Assembly: GCA_000934665.2 (NCBI GenBank)
Contig: JYFJ02001773.1
Span: 1-64,000, forward strand
DNA length: 64,000 bases
From: Catajapyx aquilonaris
Taxonomy: Eukaryota
Reading direction: 5' to 3'
The stretch's first letter is position 1; each line of letters starts with the position of its first letter. Positions 1 to 12,894 of this stretch are shown piece after piece. A program made the position numbers and the translations under genes. Under the pieces are notes generated by a model. The model was not told where the DNA came from, searched no databases, and saw nothing but the letters and a program-made list of their open reading frames with translations.

Positions 1-3000
1 GTACTTCGAAAAAGACCATGTGCCCATTGATCCAGTTCAATAAATAGTGTGAGAAAAAAAATAAGTCTCAGTCTTTTTTGATCCGCCCTCGTATATGCAA
101 AATGTAGGTTTTGGGGTTTATTCATAGCCTCAATAACGTTCACCCTTTAAATTAAAATCGTGCTTAAATCATTTTTCTTTTTTTCTTTTTTGAAATCCCT
201 ATACGCCCACCATACCTATACCATACCTATACGCCCACCATTTACTGCAAACATGCTAAGTAGGCTATGTTGAATACATAAAACCTCCAAAGACAGCAGA
301 AACAAAACTCTAGTTTACTGACAATCCACATGTAATTACGGAGTCGTGTCCTATTGTGTGGGTCGTGAAGAAAGGGATGGATTAAGGTGCATATCCGGTT
401 GCAACAAATGCAGGTTTAGGGGTCACCCACAGCTCCCTTTCTCTGATAGAAACAAGCCACAAACGTGATTGACTGGCTTCTCTCCTTCCAAATAATGCTT
501 CTAACTCGTTCTGTGCATACAATCAAATATTCATTTTTGTTAACTTTCTTCTAATACATGCAGAACGGCTGGGATACAAAAGTTCATCGAAACCTAGATT
601 AGAATCTAAATAATCAAAGTGCAGCTGTAATAACCTACCATTTTTGTGAGCAAAAAAAAAAAACTCGGGTTTTTGCAAAATATGCCTAGGGCATACCTGC
701 ATTTTGCACGTTCGATTCGTCCCTTTAACGAATGCAGACATGCACTAACCAGTCCTTTTTGCATCAAAATAGACTTTTAATTGTCAGCCCCAAAGCTGAT
801 TCTCATCTATAAATCCGCCCTCCCCCCCTCAAAAAAAAGCACTCATGATTCCTAATTTGGCTACATTTTAGCCCCCCCTCTCTAAAAAATTTCGCGAAAT
901 TCCCTTGCGTATCCCCCCAGCATAGTACCGATAGCTACGATTCAAANCCCGAACCACTTCTCGTTTCGGCTGCCTCATTACCTTTTTATGCCTCATCTCC
1001 AAACCAACGTCCGCTCTAGGCCACTAAGCCTATTCATTAGAGGCCCGGTCACTATTCAATGGGCCGCTACATTAACCCCGTCCAAGATGACACCGGAAGA
1101 TTGGGGGGCACACTCTACCAAAAAACTATTTTTAGATAGTGCACTGTCACTTATATGGTCTCGAACAACTCTGAGAACATATATATTAATTTAATATCTC
1201 TGGGAAAAATCAAGACATTAGAGCGGGGCGAAGCCCCCGGGGGGTGCGAAGCCGCTCAGCCGAGCATAGCGAATACATGTCATTGATGTAAAATTCCTGA
1301 AAATTCGGATAAATTCTTACTACAGAACTATCGGCTTTAAAAAAAAACTATAGCAGTTAGTGGTTGGAGGCGAAATTTTGACCAGATTACAGGTATTAGC
1401 AGGTATTTGATTGCGAAAATTGACACCTTCGCCTTCTAATGGAGAACAAATTCGGTTTCATTACTGAGGGGAAAAACTATTACCGTTACTGTTACGTCGA
1501 TTTTGCGGAATGGCCTACGGGGGAAAGCGATATAACGATGTGGTAGAGGAGTTTGGGAGTCAATCGTCGAGAATATCCTGAAGCTGTGTACAAACTGTTA
1601 GTTGTACAAATCCCGTAGGCTCCCGAAGACGATGAATGTGAACGGTACTTTTTTGAGGTCACAAACGCTTGTCGACAACGAATGTTATGCCTGTTATGCA
1701 CAGTTTTTAATAGCCGAGAAATAATTTCCCATGCGTTTTAATGCATACGTAATTTTAATATATTGGACAGTTTGTAATAAAATTTGCAAAAAAATGTGAA
1801 ACGGCCCCCATTTATAGCTCCGTAAAAATCCGGATCCCCCGAACTTTCTGAAGGTATAGGGTGTTTACGATATGAATGATTTAATAACTTGAGCGAATGA
1901 AGTAGTTATTGGGGCATCGGAACATGTCCGAATTGTGACAGGGCCACTTTGAAAGTGCCGACCCACACTTTTAATCGTCCCCCACGAATTTATAGCCACC
2001 ATTTAAGCCGCCTGGCAGTTTATGTTATCATTACGCATAATCGGAGAGAGGGAGGGTCCAACTTATACGATGATCGGTATATATGTCCATCGGTAGGACA
2101 CCACCTGCACCGTTTCATTTCGACGACAGCCTTTCCACATTTGGACCCCCGGATGCTCTCATCAATCCAAACCCGGGTCATTTATGAAGCTAACTAATAA
2201 TAACTTCCAGGATTTTCAATAGCGCTCATCGTTTAGGGGGCTACCAAAGGCATAGTATTGGGAAATTCCGGAACCTTTTTTTTTCCAGCTCTAAAATACT
2301 CCGGGAAAATGGCTGGTGGGCTCAGATATTCAGAACCGTGACAGCCTGCAAAATGTACGTCGTATCCAGATTTTGTGCCACGTTTTTCAGGAACAAATTT
2401 CTGGTGGAGTTATAGTTCGGTTCATTGCAATACAGTACCCTCACCAAAATCGGTATGAGCGAACATGATTCCAGAAAAGTGCACTTTTACCTATTGTTAA
2501 TTAAATTATGAAATATTGAAGCCGAGGCAACTACTGCCATAAGACACACAGCAATGCTGGATTCACCATATTCGTGATTAGCCCCATTTTTTTTACCCCA
2601 AAAATACGAACACTTCATCCTTGTACGTCTGACATAACTCATTAATGAACAGACCGCGGATAGCTCCGATACAATCTCCTGGAATGTGCCGGATTGTATC
2701 AGCGACATGAAAATGGAGTAATATTTAAACGCAACCTGCTGTACCTCCCAGAAAAAAACATCACGCGATGTTTCTTTCCAGTCCCTCATCGATTCCTCAA
2801 AAAAAAAAAAAAAAAAAAACGAGCGAGTCCAAAAAAGCGTGCAACTTTTATTATCTGCTATGCGAAGTAGCTGTCAGACAAGCAGATATTTGCATTCAGT
2901 CAGTAATTGGATCTGTAGCTCGATAAATCGCATTTGCTTTTTTTTTTCATGTTACTAACACAGGGTTGTTCACAGGGTTGACCGTTATGTCTCATCCCTT

Positions 3001-3273
3001 ACTTGAAGGGGACCAGATGTTTTATTTGGCTCTGACACGTTAGAACCAGACCTCTAGAAGGGGGGGCTTCTACTGGAAATAGGCCAAGTTGGCTCCAGAC
3101 CCCTTGAGGGGGATATACCCTAAACAAAATTACTCCACCGGAAATTGAATATTGATACCGGCTGGAGCATCCTCGATATCGATAGAGCACATCGAACTCT
3201 CAATATGGCCGCTGCCACACGACACAAAAAATTGACAAAAAAAATGCGATTCAAATCATCCAAAGTTCAGTAA

Positions 3274-3331
3274 CCAGTAGATGGCAGCACCATCGCCGCT
3301 AGCTGGCATCACTTCCGCCACTAGCTGGCAC
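3274..3331 (+). promoter_or_regulatory. Three CTCF-like motifs at 22-bp spacing
   Basis: CCAGTAGATGGCAGC (3274), CCGCTAGCTGGCATC (3296) and CCACTAGCTGGCACC (3318). The first fits the CTCF core CCASYAGRKGGCR; the other two have one core mismatch. Confidence 0.4.
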
Positions 3332-4082
3332 CACAGTTCCAAAATCCAAATCCAGCTCAAAAATGGATTGAAAGCAGGTTGGGTGGTCCAATGATGGAGG
3401 CGCCTGTTTACACCACGGCTCCACGACCATTTTCTGGACCATCGCCGCATTAGACCCGCTTGTTGGATCCCCAGGCCAACACAAAAACCTCCTCTGAAAT
3501 TTTTACGTCCGCAGTTAGCTGGTTTCAACCGACTAGTTTTCAGCCGACCAATAGCCGAAGTCCTTGGCACTCAGCCGGCATGTGACAAACGAGCACCTAA
3601 TCGGAGTAAACACATAAACGGTGACAAAGAGTCGGATTTTTACGGTGGAGCCCCCCTCTCTAATGTTCCACCTCGGGGCAACGAGTCGGCTTGAACATAT
3701 TCGGCCAAACAGCCGGCCACACCCTACAGGAATTCCAGAGTGATGGACAGACGGATGTAACCTTATACCACTCATCTTCTTATCCCCCATATATTCTGGG
3801 AATCGCTATCTCAAAGAGTCTAATCCTGTAGTATCCGTTTTGTAAACATTTGTTTGTGTTGGGGGTCTGTTTCGGGCTCAGATTTGTAATCTTCTAATAT
3901 ATACTGCTGTCTCATGTCGTAAAAGATTTATTTGAGGCTATCCCCAGTTTACTTTTCGTCGAGTTATTGGATTTTTATAGGCCAGTCAGAATTCTGCTAG
4001 CAGTTATAGCTTTTTTTAGTAGCAACGTGCACTATGATGGCTTCATATTTATCAATTCCATTCACTAGATGTGGACGTTGTA

Positions 4083-4224
4083 CTATGGGGCTCAAATTGT
4101 TTTGGCCACCTTATCCTGGTCTTGAAACAACCCTTCGCACAAGCCCCACGTTGAGCAGGTGTGTGTGTATGAAGGGTTGCTTCAAGACCAGGATAAAGTG
4201 GCCAAAACAATTTGAGCCGCATAG
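4083..4224. mobile_element. Tc1/mariner-type palindromic MITE (family A)
   Basis: Inverted arms of about 55 bp, CTATGGGGCTCAAATTGTTTTGGCCAC...GTGGCCAAAACAATTTGAGCCGCATAG, flanked by TA on both sides. A second, interrupted copy lies at about 23499-24129. Confidence 0.8.
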
Positions 4225-4226
4225 TA

Positions 4227-4474
4227 CAATGTTGGACATTCATCGCGTCATACTGCTAGAGACATTTTCTGATGTGGCAGAAGTGCAAATCGAAGTGATA
4301 TAGTGTGAGCCGTGCGAGTAAGAATAGGTAGGCCTTGAGACGTCACCGGCTGGGGAGCCAGCCAGTGACGTCACCCAAGGGCTACCTCTTCTTACTCGCA
4401 CGCCTCTATAACTTCGATTTGCATGTCTGCCGCATCGGAATATGTCGCTAGTGTATGACGCGATTAATGTCCAA
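4227..4474. mobile_element. Tc1/mariner-type palindromic MITE (family B), degenerate copy
   Basis: Long inverted arms TTGGACATTCATCGCGTCATAC...GTATGACGCGATTAATGTCCAA. Homologous along its length to 9370-9618 and abuts the family A MITE at a shared TA. Confidence 0.8.
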
Positions 4475-4949
4475 AAAAGTAGGACTGTATGCACTTATAA
4501 TGAAAAGTGGCTCAAATTAAGGTAATGACTCTGAGTCTCGCATTACACATGTGACTTCTTGTCCCCACTACCCAGAATCCCGCTCAAAAACTCCCATCGA
4601 AACAAACCTTACCTGCTTAACTTTTCCATTACCTACACCCGACCAATGTAAGTACACTGCTCGCATGAAACTTTCACAACACCGCACACTGCCGGATCCG
4701 TACAGTAATTACAACCGACATCCCCATTTACTGTACCTGCGCACTGTATTACGTACCCTGCCAAATTCCAGCTTTCAAATTAATCCTGCTGTACATCACA
4801 TCTCTCAAAAATCCGACGCACAATCAAAACCGGATTAGACATCTAAAAGTCATCTCAGATGATCTATCATTGAAGATACGTCTGATGTAGATGGATCGCG
4901 GCCTCTAGAGAATGACCCCAAAAAATTTTGGGCGAACCCCCGCTTCTCG

Positions 4950-5444
<495 letters not shown>

Positions 5445-6277
5445 CGTGAGCTGAAAATGAGACAGGAGCAGCTTCATCTTGTTGGCGAGACTCGCAGCGT
5501 TTCTTACTCGGCTCCAAATGAAATTGGATTTGGAGCTTGTCATCACCTTCCTCCCAATTATCTCTCCCTTTTCCGCACCTTCTCCAGAGCGAGGAATCCG
5601 GGACCGACGGATCATAAAAAAATCACTCGTCGCCAGGATTCCCCCCAGCGGGATTATGCCTTTGGACGCAGCGGGTGGGTGCCCTCAGGCTCCCATCTTC
5701 CAGAAAGAAATCGCAGAAGAAACAATCATTGCAATGCGACGCCATTGATTTTTTGCATTTTTGAAAGAAATTCGGCGAATTCTGAGCGAAAAACGAGCGA
5801 TTTTTGGCCCAATAGTCGGTGATGGCACCCCTCACTAGAGTTGCCAGGAACCTGTGTATTATTGGACATTACAAGGTGAATCAGCAATGTAGTCCAACTC
5901 CAGGTTATACTGCTTGTGTATTCTCATTCTGCTCCTGTTTCCATTGGGGGGGGGGGGGGGCTGATGAGATAATAAATTCATGTCTTCATCATGAGGAGCA
6001 TTACTAACCGTAAACTTTAATGCAGTCATAATATTTATTGTGCACCTTCATGATGGAGCTCCCCTCCATAATGATCGCTCGCCCAAATATTACAGGTGAT
6101 AAATTATTTTGGGCCGTTAATGGCCTGGCTGTTAGATGTTGATGTCGTGAAATAATCAATGGGAGTATTGACGTTGAACGCCTTAGGGTACAGTCTCACC
6201 ATCTTTGAGTAACACACACTTATCACATATATTGTATTATATTTAATTTATACAAAATTATTGCATAACCAGCTAAT

Positions 6278-6412
6278 GGGTCTCGGACTTTTCGCCCCCG
6301 CCGTTTCGCCCCGGGATATTGGCCCCCGTGACAATTTCTCCCACGCAGTGGAATGTCACTGGGGCGAAATTGTGACGGGGGCCAATGTGCCGGGGGCGAA
6401 AAGTCCGGATCC
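6278..6412. mobile_element. Small Mutator-like MITE with 9-bp TSD
   Basis: TIRs GGGTCTCGGACTTTTCGCCCCCG / CGGGGGCGAAAAGTCCGGATCC with repeated internal TTTCGCCCC motifs. Flanks CCAGCTAAT (6269-6277) and CCAGATAAT (6413-6421) match 8/9. An isolated TIR copy lies at 44361-44383. Confidence 0.7.
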
Positions 6413-7280
6413 CCAGATAATACTTGACTGCAATAAATGGTGAGGGCTGACGTTAACGCAATCACTCGCTAATTTCCCTCATTAATTAACCATGCACATA
6501 AGCAGAGTCTTGGACACCTGTCGCACTCAGCTTCATTGTCGAATAGCTAAAGTTTGGTCAAACTCTTCGACGAAACTCACCGACAGAAGACACTCGGCAG
6601 CCTTCATATTTATGCATCAAAATTACCCGTTAGCTTTTTCCTCAAGAAGATTCGACTCATCTGCTTACCACCTCTGGCGGCATCAGCAGCCATTCTTCCA
6701 AAAAGCTTTCCCTGGATGGGCAAATCTTGTTACCTCTTCCGGAAAAGACACCGGGGTATGCTAATGCACACCGCTCGGAAAATGCTGTTACGAGATAACG
6801 AGCTTTACGCTACAAGGTTACACTTGATCCCCTCCATTGCGTTTCTCCAGTTTCTTATACCACCCAGGGTCCATCGGGTTTGGTTCTATGGACGGTATCC
6901 ACCTGATCCTTTCCCAAGTCGTAAAGCCAGGCTCTCATGGGGCCGATCCGGGGTCCTATTTTATGCGCAAGGAGTCACTACCGCTTCCTTTCATGAACTG
7001 GCTTGTGATAGAACCTAGCAACCTCCCCAAGATTCAGCCCGCATCTGGTGTACGTGCTTCTCGACTACCAAAGGGTCTGCGGACTACGGTATCGCTGGCA
7101 ATTACGGCCATCAAGGGCTTGCCTTTCCCAAACTCATTATGGCTGTCTACCACTATTTTCGAAACGAGTTTCCGAAACTTCGAAGAGTGTCACTATTTGT
7201 TTATGAATATTAAAAGGGCACCGCCTCATCTCACATGACTTTCCTATCGGAGAGGAAGATGGCGCGGGAAGCATATAAGA

Positions 7281-7539
7281 AAATCGTAGGTGGTCGCCGC
7301 ACCGGCCCATATAGGTTTGTGTATCCGCTTAAGATAGGTCTGTATCCACAAGGTAGGTATAGGTTAGGATAGGTTAGCATCGGTTATAGCATAGGTTAGG
7401 ATAGGTTAGGATAGGTTAGGATAGGTTAGGATAGGTTAGCATCGGTTGTAGCATAGGTTAGCATCGGTTAGCATAGGTTAGGATAGGTTAGCATAGGTTA
7501 GGTTAGGTTAGGGCCGGTTGCGGGGACCACCTACGATTT
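7281..7539. mobile_element. Palindromic element carrying TTAGG telomere-like repeats (copy 1)
   Basis: TIRs AAATCGTAGGTGGTCGCCGCACCGGCCC / GGGCCGGTTGCGGGGACCACCTACGATTT. Internal GTATCCGCTTAAGATAGG motif and about 155 bp of TTAGG/ATAGG/TTAGC/ATCGG pentamers. Confidence 0.75.
7352..7512 (+). repeat. Interstitial (TTAGG)n-variant array
   Basis: Alternating TTAGG and ATAGG units with TTAGC and ATCGG variants. TTAGG is the ancestral arthropod telomere unit. Confidence 0.85.
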
Positions 7540-9369
7540 CCTCGCACTGTTGTAGCCAGTCGTGTGATGGCCCAAGTCATGGAACAAAGAAACCCAACTG
7601 AATTTTTACAACCCTTGTTGATCAGTTCCAACAAATACCTCCAAGCTGCTATTAAACCTCTCTTAAAAATAGCTGACATCCCCACTTCTTTTCACACTCC
7701 CCAGCAGCAGTCCTCCCATAAAACCTCTCCTCTGGGACATTCTGGTCTTCTCCACACTTCATCCATCCCCAGAGGTTGGGGTCTGCAGGCGACCAAATGG
7801 CCAAACAAATCCCCCTCTGGTTATCCATTACAAAACTTTAAATCCCTCACTTTGGTAGAAAAGGGGGGGGGGGACTAGAGCTGCGCTTCTCGCCCTGGCC
7901 AAAGTCGCATGTCAATGCAAGCGCTAGCGTTCGGGGGATGAAAGAGGCTGGCTATAGTCGGTGTGGATGGGAGGATATCATATCGATCCCTTTACCACAC
8001 CAAAGGATGCTATTTAACACTGATTCCGACATGAATTCCGCTACCTAAACTCTGTTGAAAGCCGGGGAAAAAATGGAGACACCGGGTGTTGCTTAGCAAC
8101 CTTAGGTGACATGTGTGCTGATTTAGCAGTGACTGCTCCACGAACCACGTCCCATCAAACACAGCTTACTCTCAACAACTCCCCGGATTCAAAATCCTTT
8201 TCTTCCATAGGAGGTACTGTACATAATTCATATTGGCATACCCCCTCCAGTATTTGCATGGTGCACCGCTGATTTGAAAACAATGTGTCGAGGGAGGCGC
8301 CGCACTATCGCATTTTACGCAGAATGCACAATCACTTTTGCATGAACTTTGCCTCCACTTTCCTTAACAGTACTTCCAACCCTATTTCCTATTTAATATC
8401 GTCTTCTCGCTTCGACAGCACCGAGTCTCGGCAGCCCCTCTGATTACACAAAACAAACGGAGAGTTCCTTCACCCACGCACTTCACACTCCACTGCATAC
8501 GCATGCGCCCATAAGTCTTCCCTATGGGTTCATTAGAAGACAAGAAAATCCCTATCACTACTTATTTCGTATTTGATATTTTTAAAATGCAACTCGGCGT
8601 CTTGCCTTTCGGCGAAACGGGCCCAAGAAACCGTATGAGAGATAAGGCTTCTGGAGGTGGATGGTGGGGTGGGTTATCTCCATCTTGCCGTTTTCTTATT
8701 TACTACTCAATGCGAGAGAGGGAGAGGGGGAAGAGGGGAAGAAAAGGGAGTCCCTCGGAGCGTACAGGGACTGGAATTGGCCAAGAATTGGATGGGAGAG
8801 GAGTCTTTGCCTCCCGGAAATGGGTGGAAACAAATCCCTGGACTTGGAAAATCTGACTTTCACTCATGAGTGGCATTAAAGTCTGCCAGGGATTCGCAGA
8901 AATAAAAATAACAGAATTTGGTATTACTCGGCAAATCGGTACTATTGCGAACAAAAAATTGAATGAAGTTGTCGACACTTAAAAATTATTATATCGTCAC
9001 CAGAGATATTACGGGCTGTAATAGTGCGTCGCTTCCATAACAGTTGCCAAATTGCTTATTACCATGATACATCCGCCATATTTTTGCCAACTCGCACGTA
9101 CTAATCCTGTGGCGTAAAAAGTTACAATCCGCGTAACATCGACCCTGACCTACGATACACTTCTCACAACTTTCTACTAACGCAATATATGTAAACATAT
9201 GCGGTAATTCCGTTCCCAGATTTCTAAGCTTTCCATCAGTGAGAAACTTACTTCACAGATTGTAATACGCACTTTGTCCAAAGCTATAGCCTCGTCAACC
9301 AAGGCCGTCACCCAACTGACTACAAACCGACCTCAGCGTCACCTATTGCGAAGGGTGTCAAATCCTGTA

Positions 9370-9618
9370 CAGTGTTGGACATTAATCGCGTCATACTGCT
9401 CGCGACATTTTCTGATGGGCAGACTTGCAAATCGAAGTGATAGAGTGCGATCCGTGCGAGTAAGAAATGGTAGCCCTTGGGTGACGTCACTGGCTGCCCC
9501 AGCCGTCACAGGCCTACCTCTTCTTACTCGCACGGCTCACACTCTATCACTTCGATTTGGACGTCTGCCGCACCGGGAAATGTCGCTAGCAGTATGACGG
9601 AATTAATGTCCAGCACTG
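9370..9618. mobile_element. Tc1/mariner-type palindromic MITE (family B)
   Basis: TA|CAGTGTTGGACATTAAT...ATTAATGTCCAGCACTG|TA with inverted arms of about 100 bp. CAGTG termini plus a TA duplication are typical of Tc1/mariner. Confidence 0.88.
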
Positions 9619-12600
9619 TACGCATATTCGGCTCCCATATTTCTAGGAAGCTGTTTAGTTCCACCATATACGGCCCTATAAGCCCAATCCCTGTATCCAA
9701 AACCCCCCAACAAGCCACCAATCCCACTCGGCGCCCTCCGCCATTACCTGTAACCACATAAGCGACGACGACGATAACATTTTCCGAGGTAATCCTCTAA
9801 ATTTCATTTAATGCGAGCCGGATTCTCGTCAGCCCTTTCACAAACTACAACACAGAAACTCCCGCCTCTTGATATAGTTCCTCCATAGTTTTTTTTTTTT
9901 TTTTGGAGCTCCCAGCAATGGCTGCCAATGAAATCCTGCACGACAATATTGGCAAGATATGCAAACGTGAAAAACCACTTAGCCTCGGCTGCAAGCCCCT
10001 AAAGTTGGGGCTCAAGAGACAAAGGGAAAGAATGGAGCATGGAGGCAAAAGAGATACTCTTGGTCTGGTGTATAAAAGTCCAAGAGAGCTGGAGGTCCCG
10101 TGTGATTTCGTTGTGTTATGAAGGAGTTGTTGGGGGGTTATATGGAACTCTGCAGCAAAAAGAAGAAGAAGAGAAAAAAATAAGAAACGAGATACAGCAG
10201 ACGGCGGCTGTTTTTGGAAGCCTCCATCTTGCGAGCTGCAATTTAAGAAGTGGGCGGCATATTTCCGGAGGGGGGGACATATCTGGCTTGGGGCCCATTT
10301 TTTCAATTGATTCCACGTGCACTGCATTAAAGTTTAGTGCACAGTATCCGCCACAATAAAGTTATAGATCAAGAGTAACCCACAGGTGAAACCAATCATA
10401 ACAGTTATGGATTTTTTCTGGAGAAAACTGTACTATCCACCATATGATGTAAAATATGGTATATGCTGGATAGTACAGTGATATATTTATATAAAAGGGA
10501 AGATACCAGAGCTGTTCTCAAACATCCTTAAAATTAAACTCGTTCCTGACTAGATTCCCCAAGCACTAAGTTCAAACAGAGCTCTCAGTTACAATGGCAA
10601 TGTATTGGTCACTTTAGCGGGGCACCAGAGTACTGTCATTTCTTAATGGCCCGGGCGGTATTGTCCGAGTCCCAATGGTCGCTCAGAATCCACACCGTCA
10701 CATGAAAGAAGTCCTGAGATGTCCCAGGTCCATTTCCTCTGCTGTATACTCCACTTGAAAGAAGCCATCAAATGACATCTGCTCCTGTTTGTTGTCCCAA
10801 CGCTTTTTTTTGTCTACACCCCCCTAAGAGTCTTCTTCTGAGGTTTCTACATCACTAGTGAATTCTAGTGACACTGTTCACCATTCAGGCGACACCCCCA
10901 AAATTCCAATGTAAAAAAGCCAAGAAGCTATGTAAATCCAAGGCTTTTATGAACGACAAGCTTACAAGTTCTATGCGCTTGGTTTGCCACGCACAATAGG
11001 CTTTAGGATGCAAATCCCCGCCTCTTGTAGCCCCTGAAAGAAGATGCTGCTGCAGAGGACCCATACAGAACACTTTTTTTTACGATATACCCCCTCTTTT
11101 GATAATAATCCAACCCCCCCTGTCCGTAATTAAAACGTCAATAACGCTCGCAGATACAGCCGATAATTATGCTTCATCTATCTCCTGACATGAAGATCAA
11201 TTCTTGATACCCCCGTAATGCCGTGGCGTGCCTGACGCAAGGGGGGGCTCCAATTAATTACCGCCTCCCTCTATCGGGGGGGATTGTCTAAAAGATAAAT
11301 TTAGACTCCTTATACGCGGGGGCCTCGCTCAATCATTTACTAAATGGTTCTAGCGATCGGGGGCTCAACAATGGCTCTTTTCTGTCTCTCCGTCACTGCA
11401 GCGGAAAAGCGGCCTGAAAGTGATCGGATGAAGACTTATTGGTGGGTAGATTCTTTTAATATGCATATGGGACCCAACAATGCCTTTAAGGCCTAGGTGT
11501 AATCACAGGTTGTCAGTTGATTCAATTTTGGGGCCACAATTAAGATTGACCCTTTCTGACCTCACAGCCCGTTTGAAATGTTCTCAGGTGATGATATGAT
11601 AAGATTGGGAACTCTTCCATGGTCCAGTCCATGCCGGCATTGCAGTACAGTTGCAGTACGTGAGAATAACAACGGTTAACGGCACACAGCCTGTTCCTTT
11701 GTCACTGAAGCATGGATTCATTTAATAAACAGCTTTCGACAGCGCTAGTCACGTCCCGCGACAATTATTTCACAAATAATATTCCATGATATTTCCAACC
11801 TCCAATATTTTCCGGATTAAAGTTCAGTGGCCTGTGGATTCGAATCTCGCTTACTCCGCAATGTGTCCCCGGCATTAGGGGTGCACACAAAAAGCGAATC
11901 TGTCATTTTAGCAGCAGTTTGAAGGTAATTCCCCGGCAGACAATCCGCCTAGGAGCCAATGGGGACTTTCGGAGGTCCGCGGCCCGCCTGCTCCCCCCTT
12001 CCAAACATGCAAAGGCCCATTAGTCCCCAAACCGTTCGCGCCATTCCCGAAGGTTCTCGCGTCACGCCCTCCCGAAGGACTCCTCTTGCCAAAGAGCGCC
12101 AATCTCTTACTTCCCCATTACTTTCCTTCTTCCAAAGTTGTGCACTTCTTTCTAGGAAACTATTACGCGGAACAAGATTGAACATCTGCAGTCCAATGGG
12201 GGCCTCTATAATTGATTTATCACACACCGGGTCTAAAAAAAAGGCAACCCTGCCCAGTTGGTCTCCAATTATCATCCAGTGTTGCCAATATTCGTTAGCA
12301 TATGTATTGCCACGCTGCGAATGAGATAACGACGCGTAGCTGTTATGAGAACGGTTCAATTCTCACAGAAAAAAAAGCAAGATGAGCGCTCTCAGTCATA
12401 AGTCGCTTCCCGGAGCATTTAAAATTTACTACCCAGCCAAGTCCTCCCGGATCCGTCTTTTCTCTTGAGCTCTTGGCGCACATTCCCATGCAAATCCCGC
12501 CCCTCTGCAGAAACCTATACAAGCTCCAATCTCGTTTCCTCCACCTAACAGCCTCCCAGCTTCTCGTCTGACAGAGCCCTTTAGCCTTTCCTCCTATAGC

Positions 12601-12779
12601 GATTGGGACTCGTCTATACCCTCAGCTATAACCGATTCCTTTTTTGTGTGTGTCTATTCACCTTCCAGCATCCAAGATACAGGGTGCTTCAATAAGCCAC
12701 ATCGGACGAGCTCAGGTCATCCCTCTGAACAGACTGCAGCCAGGCCGTCTCACGACTCTCCTACAAAAGAGCCCTCCCC

Positions 12780-12894
12780 GCTATTATGCGATTCACGAGT
12801 ACTGGCCTGTTAGGCTCCTCCCCCGTCCTCCCGCTGACGTTGGGAGGAGGTGGGTGGAGCCTAACAGGCCAGGACTCGTGAATCGCATAATAGC
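12780..12894. repeat. 115-bp hairpin / probable small MITE
   Basis: 39-bp arms GCTATTATGCGATTCACGAGTACTGGCCTGTTAGGCTCC and its reverse complement, with one mismatch. No clear TSD. Confidence 0.75.

Noticed and set aside
6600..6930. Minus-strand peptides WIPSIEPNPMD and LLEEWLLMPPEVV faintly resembling a Tc1/mariner transposase C-terminus
   Set aside because: The spacing is about twice that expected, there are several stops and no TIRs. Too weak to call without a profile search.
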